Shown here one piece after another: positions 11,503-23,100 of a DNA stretch of 64,000 nt. The DNA is taken from positions 166,966,001 through 167,030,000 of the forward strand of contig OZ024742.1 of assembly GCA_964016885.1 (NCBI GenBank), in the 5' to 3' direction. Positions within the stretch are counted from its first letter, which is position 1, and every line of letters begins with the position of its first letter. The DNA comes from Eledone cirrhosa. Its lineage: Eukaryota. The position numbers were made by a program, and so were the translations under genes. Below the pieces are notes generated by a model, which ran no database searches, was not told the origin of the DNA, and worked only from the letters and a program-made list of their open reading frames with translations.

Positions 11503-14500
11503 AAATCAAGGGGAGATAATTTGCAGCCGTCCAAGGGGAGATAATTTTCAATCGTCCAAGGAGAGGTAATTTTTAGCCGTCCAAGGGGAGATAATTTCCA
11601 GCCGTCCAAGGGGAGATAATTTCCAGCCGTCCAAGGGGAGATAATTTTTTTAAAAAATCAGGCGGGGATAATTTGTAAAAAAAATCAGGGGGAGATAATT
11701 TGTAAAAAAAAATCAGGGGGAGATAATTTGTAAAAAAAAATCAGGGGGAGATAATTTGTAAAAAAAATCAAGGAGAGATAATTTCCAGCCGTCCAAGGGA
11801 AGATAATTTCAAGCCCTCCAAGGGGCTATAATTTCCAGTGTCCAAGGGGAGATAATTTCCAGCCAGCGAAGGGGAGATAATTTTTTTTTAAAAATCAGGG
11901 AGATTTGTAAAAAAAATCAGGGGGAGATAATTTGTAAAAAAAATCAAAGGGAGATAATTTCCAGCCGTCCAAAGAGAGATAATTTCTAGCCGTCCAAGGC
12001 GAGATAATTTCGAGCAAGGGGAGATAATTTCCAGCCGTCCAAGGGGAGATATTTTTTTAAAAAATCAGGTGGAGATAATTTGTAAAAAAAATCAGGTGGA
12101 GATAATTTGTAAAAACAAAATCAAGGGCAGATAATTTCCAGCTGTCCAAGGGGAGATAATTTCCAGCCGTGCAAGGGGAGATAATTTCCAGCCGTCCAAG
12201 GGGAGATAATTTCCCGCCAGCCAAGGGAAGATAATTTTTTAAAAAATCAGGCGGAGATTGTAAAAAAAATCAGGGGGAGATAATTTGTAAAAAAATCAGG
12301 GGGAGATAATTTGTTAAAAAAATCAAGGGGAGATTATTTCCAGCCGTCTAAGGGGAGGTAATATCTAGCCGTCCAAGGGGAGATAATTTCCAGCCGTCCA
12401 AGGGGAGATAATTTCCAGCCGTCCAAGGGTAGATAATATCCAGCCGTCCAAGGAGACATATTTTCCAGCCGTCCAAGGAGAGATAATTTCTAGCCCTCCA
12501 AGGGGAGATAAATTCCAGCCTCCAAGGGGAGATAATTTCCAGCCAGCCAAGGGGAGATAATTTGTAAAAAAATCAGGGGGAGATAATTTGTAAAAAAAAT
12601 CAGGGGGAGATAATTTGTAAAAAAAAATCAGGGGGAGATAATTTGTAAAAAAAATCAGGGGGAGATAATTTGTAAAAAAAATCAAGGGGAGATAATTTCC
12701 AGCCGTCCAAGGGGAGATAATTTTCAGCCGTCCAAGGGGAGATAATTTCCCGCCAGCCAAGGGAAGATAATATTTAAAAAATCAGGCGGAGATAATTTGT
12801 AAAAAAAATCAGGGGGAGATAATTTGTAAAAAAATCAGGGGGAGATAATTTGTAAAAAAAAATCAGGGGGAGATAATTTGTAAAAAAAATCAGGGGTAGA
12901 TAATTTGTAAAAAAAAATCAGGGGGAGATAATTTGTAAAAAAAATCAGGGGGAGATAATTTGTAAAAAAAATCAAGGGGAGATAATTTCCAGCCGTCCAA
13001 GGAGAGATAATTTTAAAAAAAAATCAGGGGGAGATAATTTGTAAAAAAAAATCAAGGGGAGATAATTTGTAAAAAAAAATCAGGGGGAGATAATTTGTAA
13101 AAAAAATCAAGGGGAGATAATTTCCAGCCGTCCAAGGGAAGATAATTTCCAGCACTCCAAGGGGCTATAATTTCCAGTGTCCAAGGGGAGATAATTTCCA
13201 GCCAGCGAAGGGGAGATAATTTTTTTAAAAAAATCAGGGGGAGATATGTAAAAAAAAATCAGAGGGAGATAATTTGTAAAAAAAATCAAAGGGAGATAAT
13301 TTCCAGCCGTCCAAAGAGAGATAATTTCTAGTCGTCCAAGGGGAGATAATTTCCAGCCAAGGGGAGATAATTTCCAGCCGTCCAAGGGGAGATAATTTTT
13401 TAAAAAATCAGGTGGAGATAATTTGTAAAAAAAATCAGGGGGAGATAATTTGTAAAAACAAAATCAAGGGCAGATAATTTCCAGCTGTCCAAGGGGAGAT
13501 AATTTCCAGCCGTGCAAGGGGAGATAATTTCCAGCCGTCCAAGGGGAGATAATTTCCATCCTTCCAAGGGGAGATAATTTCCAGCCGTCCAAGGGGAGAT
13601 AATTTCCCGCCAGCCAAGGGAAGATAATTTTTTAAAAAACCAGGCGGAGATTGTAAAAAAAATCAGGGGGAGATAATTTGTAAAAAAATCAGGGGGAGAT
13701 AATTTGTAAAAAAAAAATCAGGGGAGATAATTTGTAAAAAAAAATCAGGGGGAGATAATTTGTAAAAAAAAAATCAGGGGGAGATAATTTGTAAAAAAAA
13801 ATCAGGGGTAGATAATTTGTAAAAAAAAATCAGGGGGAGATAATTTGTAAAAAAAATCAGGGGGAGATAATTTGTAAAAAAATGAAGGGGAGATAATATG
13901 CAGCCGTCCAAGGGGAGATAATTTTCAGCCGTCCAAGGAGAGGTAATTTCTAGCCGTCCAAGGGGAGATAATTTCCAGCCGTCCAAGGGGAGATAATTTC
14001 AAGCCGTCCAAGGGGAGATAGTTTTTTTAAAAATCAGGGGGAGATTTGTAAAAAAAATCAGGGGGAGATAATTTGCAAAAAAAATCAAAGGGAGATAATT
14101 TCCAGCCGTCCAAAGAGAGATAATTTCTAGCCGTCCAAGGGGAGATAATTTCGAGCCAAGGGGAGATAATTTCCAGCCGTCCAAGGGGAGATAATTTTTT
14201 AAAAAATCAGGTGGAGATAATTTGTAAAAAAAATCAGGGGGAGATAATTTGTAAAAACAAAATCAAGGGCAGATAATTTCCAGCTGTCCAAGGGGAGATA
14301 ATTTCCAGCCGTGCAAGGGGAGATAATTTCCAGCCGTCCAAGGGGAGATAATTTCCATCCTTCCAAGGGGAGATAATTTCCAGCCGTCCAAGGGGAGATA
14401 ATTTCCCGCCAGCCAAGAGAAGATAATTTATTAAAAAATCAGGCGGAGATTGTAAAAAAAATCAGGGGGAGATAATTTGTAAAAAAATCAGGGGGAGATA

Positions 14501-15999
14501 ATTTGTAAAAAAATCAAGGGGAGATAATTTCCAGCTGTCCAAGGGGAGGTAATATCTAGCCGTCCAAGGGGAGATAATTTCCAGCCGTCCAAGGGGAGAT
14601 AATTTCCAGCCGTCCAAGGGTAGATAATATCCAGCCGTCCAAGGAGACATATTTTCCAGCCGTCCAAGGAGAGGTAATTTCTAGCCGTCCAAGTGGAGAT
14701 AAATTCCAGCCTCCAAGGGGAGATAATTTCCAGCCAGCCAAGGGGAGATAATTTGTAAAAAAATCAGGGGGAGATAATTTGTAAAAAAAATCAGGGGGAG
14801 ATAATTTGTACAAAAAATCAGGGGTAGATAATTTGTAAAAAAAAATCAGGGGGAGATAATTTGTAAAAAAAATCAAGGGGAGATAATTTGCAGCCGTCCA
14901 AGGGGAGATAATTTTCAGCCGTCCAAGGAGAGGTAATTTCTAGCCGTCCAAGGTGAGATAATATCCAGCCGTCCAAGGGGAGATAATTTCCAGCCGTCCA
15001 AGGGGAGATAATTTTAAAAAAAAAACAGGCGGAGATAATTTGTAAAAAAAAAATCAGGGTGAGATAATTTGTAAAAAAAAATCAGGGGGAGATAATTTGT
15101 AAAAAAAAATCAGGGGGAGGTAATTTATAAAAAAAATCAAGGGGAGATAATTTCCAGCCGTCCAAGGGAAGATAATTTCCAGCCCTCCAAGGGGCTATAA
15201 TTTCCAGCGTCCAAGGGGAGATAATTTCCAGCCAGCGAAGGGGAGATAATTTTTTTTTTTTTAAATCAGGGGGACATAATTTGTAAAAAAAATAAGGGGG
15301 AGATAATTTGTAAAAAAAATCAAGGGATGATAATTTGTAAAAAAAATCAGGGGGAGATAATTTGTAAAAAAAAATCAGGGGGAGATAATTTGTAAAAAAA
15401 AATACGGGGAGATAATTTGTAAAAAAAATCAAGGGGAGATAATTTCCAGCCGTCCAAGGGGAGATAATTTTCAGCCGTCCAAGGGGAGATAATTTCCCGC
15501 CAGCCAAGGAAAGATAATATTTAAAAAAATCAGGCGGAGATAATTTGTAAAAAAAATCAGGGGGAGATAATTTGTAAAAAAATCAGGGGGAGATAATTTG
15601 TAAAAAAAAAATCAGGGGGAGATTTGTAAAAAAAATCAGGGGGAGATAATTTGTAAAAAAAAATCAGGGGTAGATAATTTGTAAAAAAAAATCAGGGGGA
15701 GATAATTTGTAAAAAAAAATCAGGGGGAGATAATTTGTAAAAAAAATCAATTGGAGATAATTTCCAGCCGTCCAAGGGGAGATAATTTTCAGCCGTCCAA
15801 GGAGAGGTAATTTCTAGACGTCCAAGGGGAGATAATTTCCAGCCGTCCAAGGGGAGATAATTTCCAGCCGTCCAAGGGTAGATAATATCCAGCCGTCCAA
15901 GGAGACATATTTTCCAGCTTTCCAAGGAGAGGTAATTTCTATCCGTCCAAGGGGAGATAAATTCCAGCCTCCAAGGGGAGATAATTTCCAGCCAGCCAA

Positions 16000-16370
16000 G
16001 GGGAGATAATTTTAAAAAAAAAATCAGGCGGAGATAATTTGTAAAAAAAATCTAGGGGAGATAATTTGCAGCCGTCCAAGGGGAGATAATTTTCAGCCGT
16101 CCAAGGAGAGGTAATTTCTAGACGTCCAAGGGGAGATAATTTCCAGCCGTCCAATGGGAGATAATTTCCAGCCGTCCAAGGGGAGATAATTTTAAAAAAA
16201 AAATCAGGCGGAGATAATTTGTAAAAAAAATCTAGGGGAGATAATTTGCAGCCGTCCAAGGGGAGATAATTTTCAGTCGTCCAAGGAGAGGTAATTTCTA
16301 GCCGTCCAAGGGGAGATAATTTCCAGCCGTCAAAGGGGAGATAATTTCCAGCCGTCCAAGGGGAGATAAT
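16000..16370 (+). repeat. Local 180-bp tandem duplication (2 B + 5 A monomers)
   Basis: The lines starting 16021 and 16201 are identical, including the rare TCTAGGGG variant (16051, 16231). The same pair is present at 33781/33961. Confidence 0.85.
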
Positions 16371-19300
16371 TTTTTTTAAAAAATCAGGGGGAGATAATTT
16401 GTAAAAAAAATCAGGGGGAGATAATTTGTAAAAAAAAATCAGGGGGAGATAATATGTAAAAAAAAATCAGGGGGAGATAATTTGTAAAAAAAATCAAGGA
16501 GAGATAATTTCCAGCCGTCCAAGGGAAGATAATTTCAAGCCCTCCAAGGGGCTATAATTTCCAGTGTCCAAGGGGAGATAATTTCCAGCCAGCGAAGGGG
16601 AGATAATTTTTTTTTAAAAATCAGGGGGAGATTTGTAAAAAAAATCAAGGGGAGATAATTTGTAAAAAAAATCAAAGGGAGATAATTTCTAGCCGTCCAA
16701 GGGGAGATAATTTTGAGCCAAGGGGAGATAATTTCCAGCCGTACAAGGGGAGATAATTTTTTAAAAAATCAGGTGGAGATAATTTGTAAAAAAAAATCAG
16801 GGGGAGATAATTTGTAAAAACAAAATCAAGGGCAGATAATTTCCAGCTGTCCAAGGGGAGATAATTTCCAGCCGTGCAAGGGGAGATAATTTCCAGCCGT
16901 CCAAGGGGAGATAATTTCCATCCTTCCAAGGGGAGATAATTTCCAGCCGTCCAAGGGGAGATAATTTCCCGCCAGCCAAGGGAAGATAATTTTTTACAAA
17001 ATCAGGCGGAGATTGTAAAAAAAATCAGGGGGAGATAATTTGTAAAAAAATCAGGGGGAGATAATTTGTAAAAAAATCAAGGGGAGATAATTTCCAGCCG
17101 TCCAAGGGGAGGTAATATCTAGCCGTCCAAGGGGAGATAATTTCCAGCCGTCCAAGGGGAGATAATTTCCAGCCGTCCAAGGGTAGATAATATCCAGCCG
17201 TCCAAGGAGACATATTTTCCAGCCGTCCAAGGAGAGGTAATTTCTAGCCGTCCAAGGGGAGATAAATTCCAGCCTCCAAGGGGAGATAATTTCCAGCCAG
17301 CCAAGGGGAGATAATTTGTAAAAAAATCAGGGGGAGATAATTTGTAAAAAAAATCAGGGGGAGATAATTTGTAAAAAAAAATCAGGGGGAGATAATTTGT
17401 AAAAAAAATCAGGGGGAGATAATTTGTAAAAAAAATCAAGGGTAGATAATTTCCAGCCGTCCAAGGGGAGATAATTTTCAGCCGTCCAAGGGGAGATAAT
17501 TTCCCGCCAGCCAAGGGAAGATAATATTTAAAAAATGAGGCGGAGATAATTTGTAAAAAAAATCAGGGGGAGATAATTTGTAAAAAAATCAGGGGGAGAT
17601 AATTTGTAAAAAAAAAATCAGGGGGAGATAATTTGTAAAAAAAATCAGGGGGAGATTATTTGTAAAAAAAAATCAGGGGTAGATAATTTGTAAAAAAAAA
17701 TCAGGGGGAGATAATTTGTAAAAAAAATCAAGGGGAGATAATTTCCAGCCGTCCAAGGGAAGATAATTTCAAGCCCTCCAAGGGGCTATAATTTCCAGTG
17801 TCCAAGGGGAGATAATTTCCAGCCAGCGAAGGGGAGATAATTTTTTTTTAAAAATCAGGGGGAGATTTGTAAAAAAAATCAGGGGGAGATAATTTGTAAA
17901 AAAAATCAAAGGGAGATAATTTCCAGCCGTCCAAAGAGAGATAATTTCTAGCCGTCCAAGGGGAGATAATTTCGAGCCAAGGGGAGATAATTTCCAGCCG
18001 TCCAAGGGAGATAATTTTTTAAAAAATCAGGTGGAGATAATTTGTAAAAAAAATCAGGGGGAGATAATTTGTAAAAACAAAATCAAGGGCAGATAATTTC
18101 CAGCTGTCCAAGGGGAGATAATTTCCAGCCGTGCAAGGGGAGATAATTTCCAGCCGTCCAAGGGGAGATAATTTCCATCCTTCCAAGGGGAGATAATTTC
18201 CAGCCGTCCAAGGGGAGATAATTTCCCGCCAGCCAAGGGAAGATAATTTTTTAAAAAATCAGGCGGAGATTGTAAAAAAAATCAGGGGGAGATAATTTGT
18301 AAAAAAATCAGGGGGAGATAATTTGTAAAAAAATCAAGGGGAGATAATTTCCAGCTGTCCAAGGGGAGGTAATATCTAGCCGTCCAAGGGGAGATAATTT
18401 CCAGCCGTCCAAGGGGAGATAATTTCCAGCCGTCCAAGGGTAGATAATATCCAGCCGTCCAAGGAGACATATTTTCCAGCCCTCCAAGGAGAGGTAATTT
18501 CTAGCCGTCCAAGTGGAGATAAATTCCAGCCTCCAAGGGGAGATAATTTCCAGCCAGCCAAGGGGAGATAATTTGTAAAAAAATCAGGGGGAGATAATTT
18601 GTAAAAAAAAATCAGGGGGAGATAATTTTTAAAAAAAATCAGGGGGAGATAATTTGTAAAAAAAATCAAGGGGAGATAATTTCCAGCCGTCCAAGGGGAG
18701 ATAATTTTCAGCCGTCCAAGGGGAGATAATTTCCCGCCAGCCAAGGGAAGATAATATTTAAAAAATGAGGCGGAGATAATTTGTAAAAAAAATCAGGGGG
18801 AGATAATTTGTAAAAAAATCAGGGGGAGATAATTTGTAAAAAAAAAATCAGGGGGAGATAATTTGTAAAAAAAATCAGGGGGAGATAATTTGTAAAAAAA
18901 AATCAGGGGTAGATAATTTGTAAAAAAAAATCAGGGGGAGATAATTTGTAAAAAAAATCAGGGGGAGATAATTTGTAAAAAAAATCAAGGGGAGATAATT
19001 TCCAGCCGTCCAAGGAGAGATAATTTAAAAAAAAAATCAGGCGGAGATAATTTGTAAAAAAAAATCAGGGGGAGATAATTTGTAAAAAAAAATCAGGGGG
19101 AGATAATTTGTAAAAAAAATCAAGGGGAGATAATTTCCAGCCGTCCAAGGGGAGATAATTTTCAGCCGTCCAAGGGGAGATAATTTCCAGCCGTCCAAGG
19201 GGAGATAATTTTAAAAAAAAAATCAGGCGGAGATAATTTGTAAAAAAAATCAAGGGGAGATAATTTGCAACCGTCCAAGGGGACATAATTTTCAGTCGTC

Positions 19301-20147
19301 CAAGGAGAGGTAATTTCTAGCCGTCCAAGGGGAGATAATTTCCAGCCGTCCAAGGGGAGATAATTTCCAGCCGTCCAAGGGGAGATAATTTTTTTTTAAA
19401 AATCAGGCGGAGATAATTTGTAAAAAAAAAATCAGGGGGAGATAATTTGTAAAAAAAATCAAGGGGAGATAATTTCCAGCCGTCCAAGGGAAGATAATTT
19501 CCAGCCCTCCAAGGGGCTATAATTTCCACCGTCCAAGGGGAGATAATTTCCAGCCAGCGAAGGGGAGATAATTTTTTTAAAAAAATCATTGGGAGATTTG
19601 TAAAAAAAATCAGGGAGAGATAATTTGTAAAAAAAATCAAGGGGAGATAATTTCCAGCCGTCCAAGGGGAGGTAATATCTAGCCGTCCAAGGGGAGATAA
19701 TTTCCAGCCGTCCAAGGGGAGATAATTTCCAGCCGTCCAAGGGTAGATAATATCCAGCCGTCCAAGTAGACATTTTCCAGCCGTCCAAGGAGAGGTAATT
19801 TCTAGCCGTCCAAGGGGAGATAAATTCCAGCCTCCAAGGGGAGATAATTTCCAGCCAGCCAAGGGGAGATAATTTGTAAAAAAATCAGGGGGAGATAATT
19901 TGTAAAAAAATCAGGGGGAGATAATTTGTAAAAAAAAATCAGGGGGAGATAATTTGTAAAAAAAAATCAGGGGGAGATAATTTGTAAAAAAAAATCAGGG
20001 GGAGATAATTTGTAAAAAAAATCAAGGGGAGATAATTTCCAGCCGTCCAAGGGGAGATAATTTCCATCCTTCCAAGGGGAGATAATTTCCAGCCGTCCAA
20101 GGGGAGATAATTTCCCGCCAGCCAAGGGAAGATAATTTTTAAAAAAA

Positions 20148-23100
20148 TCAGGCGGAGATTGTAAAAAAAATCAGGGGGAGATAATTTGTAAAAAAATCAG
20201 GGGGAGATAATTTGTAAAAAAAAAATCAGGGGGAGACAATTTGTAAAAAAAATCAGGGGGAAATAATTTGTAAAAAAAAATCAAGGGGAGATAATTTGTA
20301 CAAAAAATCAGGGGTATATAATTTGTAAAAAAAAATCAGGGGGAGATAATTTGTAAAAAAAAATCAGGGGGAGATAATTTGTAAAAAAAATCAAGGGGAG
20401 ATAATTTGCAGCCGTCCAAGGGGAGATAATTTTCAGCCGTCCAAGGAGAGGTAATTTCTAGCCGTCCAAGGTGAGATAATATCCAGCCGTCCAAGGGGAG
20501 ATAATTTCCAGCCGTCCAAGGGGAGATAATTTTTAAAAAAAAACAGGCGAAGATAATTTGTAAAAAAAAAATCAGGGGGAGATAATTTGTAAAAAAAAAT
20601 CAGGGGGAGATAATTTGTAAAAAAAAATCAGGGGGAGGTAATTTGTAAAAAAAATCAAGGGGAGATAATTTCCAGCCGTCCAAGGGAAGATAATTTCCAG
20701 CCCTCCAAGGGGCAATAATTTCCAGCGTCCAAGGGGAGATAATTTCCAGCCAGCGAAGGGGAGATAATTGTTTTAAAAAAATCATTGGGAGATTTGTAAA
20801 AAAAATCAGGGGGAGATAATTAATAAAAAAAATCAAGGGGAGATAATTCCAGCCGTCCAAGGGGAGGTAATATCTAGCCGTCCAAGGGGAGATAATTTCC
20901 AGCCGTCCAAGGGGAGATAATTTCCAGCCGTTCAAGGGTAGATAATATCCAGCCGTCCAAGGAGACATATTTTCCAGCCGTGCAAGGAGAGGTAATTTCT
21001 AGCCGTCCAAGGGGAGATAAATTCCAGCCTCCAAGGGGAGATAATTTCCAGCCAGCCAAGGGGAGATAATTTGTAAAAAAATCAGGGGGAGATAATTTGT
21101 AAAAAAAGTCAGGGGTAGATAATTTGTAAAAAAAAATCAGGGGGAGATAATTTGTAAAAAAAAATCAGGGGGAGATAATTTGTAAAAAAAATCAAGGGGA
21201 GATAATTTCCAGCCATCCAAGGAGAGATAATTTAAAAAAAAAATCAGGCGGAGATAATTTGTAAAAAAAAATCAGGGGGAGATAATTTGTAAAAAAAATC
21301 AGGGGGTGATAATTTGTAAAAAAAATCAAGGGGAGATAATTTCCAGCCGTCCAAGGGGAGATAATTTCCAGCCGTCCAAGGGGACATAAATTTTTTAAAA
21401 AAATCAGGCGGAGATAATTTGTAAAAAAAATCAGGGGGAGATAAATTGTAAAAAAAAATCAGGGGGAGATAATTTGTAAAAAAAATCAGGGGGAGATAAT
21501 TTCCAGCCGTCCAAGGTAAGATAATTTCCAGCCCTCCAAGGGGCTATAATTTCCAGCATCCAAGGGGAGATAATTTCCAGCCGTCCAAGGGTAGATAATA
21601 TCCAGCCGTCCAAGTAGACATATTTTCCAGCCGTCCAAGGAGAGGTAATTTCTAGCCGTCCAAGGGGAGATAAATTCCAGCCTCCAAGGGGAGATAATTT
21701 CCAGCCAGCCAAGGGGAGATAATTTGTAAAAAAATCAGGGGGAGATAATTTGTAAAAAAAATCAGGGGGAGATAATTTGTAAAAAAAAATCAGGGGGAGA
21801 TAATTTGTAAAAAAAAATCAGGGGGAGATAATTTCCAGCCGTCCAAGGGGAGATAATTTTCAGCCGTCCAAGGGTAGATAATATCCAGCCGTCCAAGTAG
21901 ACATTTTCCAGCCGTCCAAGGAGAGGTAATTTCTAGCCGTCCAAGGGGAGATAAATTCCAGCCTCCAAGGGGAGATAATTTCCAGCCAGCCAAGGGGAGA
22001 TAATTTGTAAAAAAATCAGGGGGAGATAATTTGTAAAAAAAATCAGGGGGAGATAATTAGTAAAAAAAAATCAGGGGTAGATAATTTGTAAAAAAAAATC
22101 AGGGGGAGATAATTTGTAAAAAAAATCAAGGGGAGATAATTTCCAGCCGTCCAAGGTGAGATAATTTTCAGCCGTCCAAGGGGAGATAATTTCCAGCCGT
22201 CCAAGGGGAGATAATTTCCATCCTTCCAAGGGGAGATAATTTCCAGCCTTCCAAGGGGAGATAATTTTCAGCCGTCCAAGGGGAGATAATTTCCCGCCAG
22301 CCAAGGGAAGATAATATTTTAAAAAATCAGGCGGAGATAATTTGTAAAAAAAATCAGGGGGAGATAATTTGTAAAAAAATCAGGGGGAGATAATTTGTAA
22401 AAAAAAAATCAGGGGGAGTTAATTTGTAAAAAAAATCAGGGGGAGATAATTTGTAAAAAAAAATCAGGGGTAGATAATTTGTAAAAAAAAATCAGGGGGA
22501 GATAATTTGTAAAAAAAATCAAGGGGAGATAATTTCCAGCCGTCCAAGGAGAGATAATTTTTAAAAAAAATCAGGCGGAGATAATTTGTAAAAAAAAATC
22601 AGGGGGAGATAATTTCCAGCCGTCGAAGGGAAGATAATTTCCAGCCCTCCAAGGGGCTATAATTTCCAGCGTCCAAGGCGAGATAATTTCCAGCCAGCGA
22701 AGGGGAGATAATTTTTTTTAAAAAATCATTGGGAGATTTGTAAAAAAAATCAGGGGGAGATAATTTGTAAAAAAAACCAAGGGGAGATAATTTCCAGCCG
22801 TCCAAGGGGAGGTAATATCTAGCCATCCAAGGGGAGATAATTTCCAGCCGTCCAAGGGGAGATAATTTCCAGCCGTCCAAGGGTAGATAATATCCAGCCG
22901 TCCAAGTAGACATTTTCCAGCCGTCCAAGGAGAGGTAATTTCTAGCCGTCCAAGGGGAGATAAATTCCAGCCTCCAAGGGGAGATAATTTCCAGCCAGCC
23001 AAGGGGAGATAATTTGTAAAAAAATCAGGGGGAGATAATTTGTAAAAAAAATCAGGGGGAGATAATTTGTAAAAAAAAATCAGGGGTAGATAATTTGTAA

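Larger units (their letters stand above)
1..20147 (+). repeat. Higher-order repeat unit I (20,147 bp, structural variant; phase set arbitrarily by the window start)
   Basis: The window start (TCAGGCGGAGATTGT...GGAGACAATTT...GGAAATAATTT...GTACAAAA...GGGTATATAA) recurs at 20148 and 37841. This unit contains the 5,645-bp duplication and lacks the ~3.4-kb block at ~25.0-28.4 kb. Confidence 0.85.
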
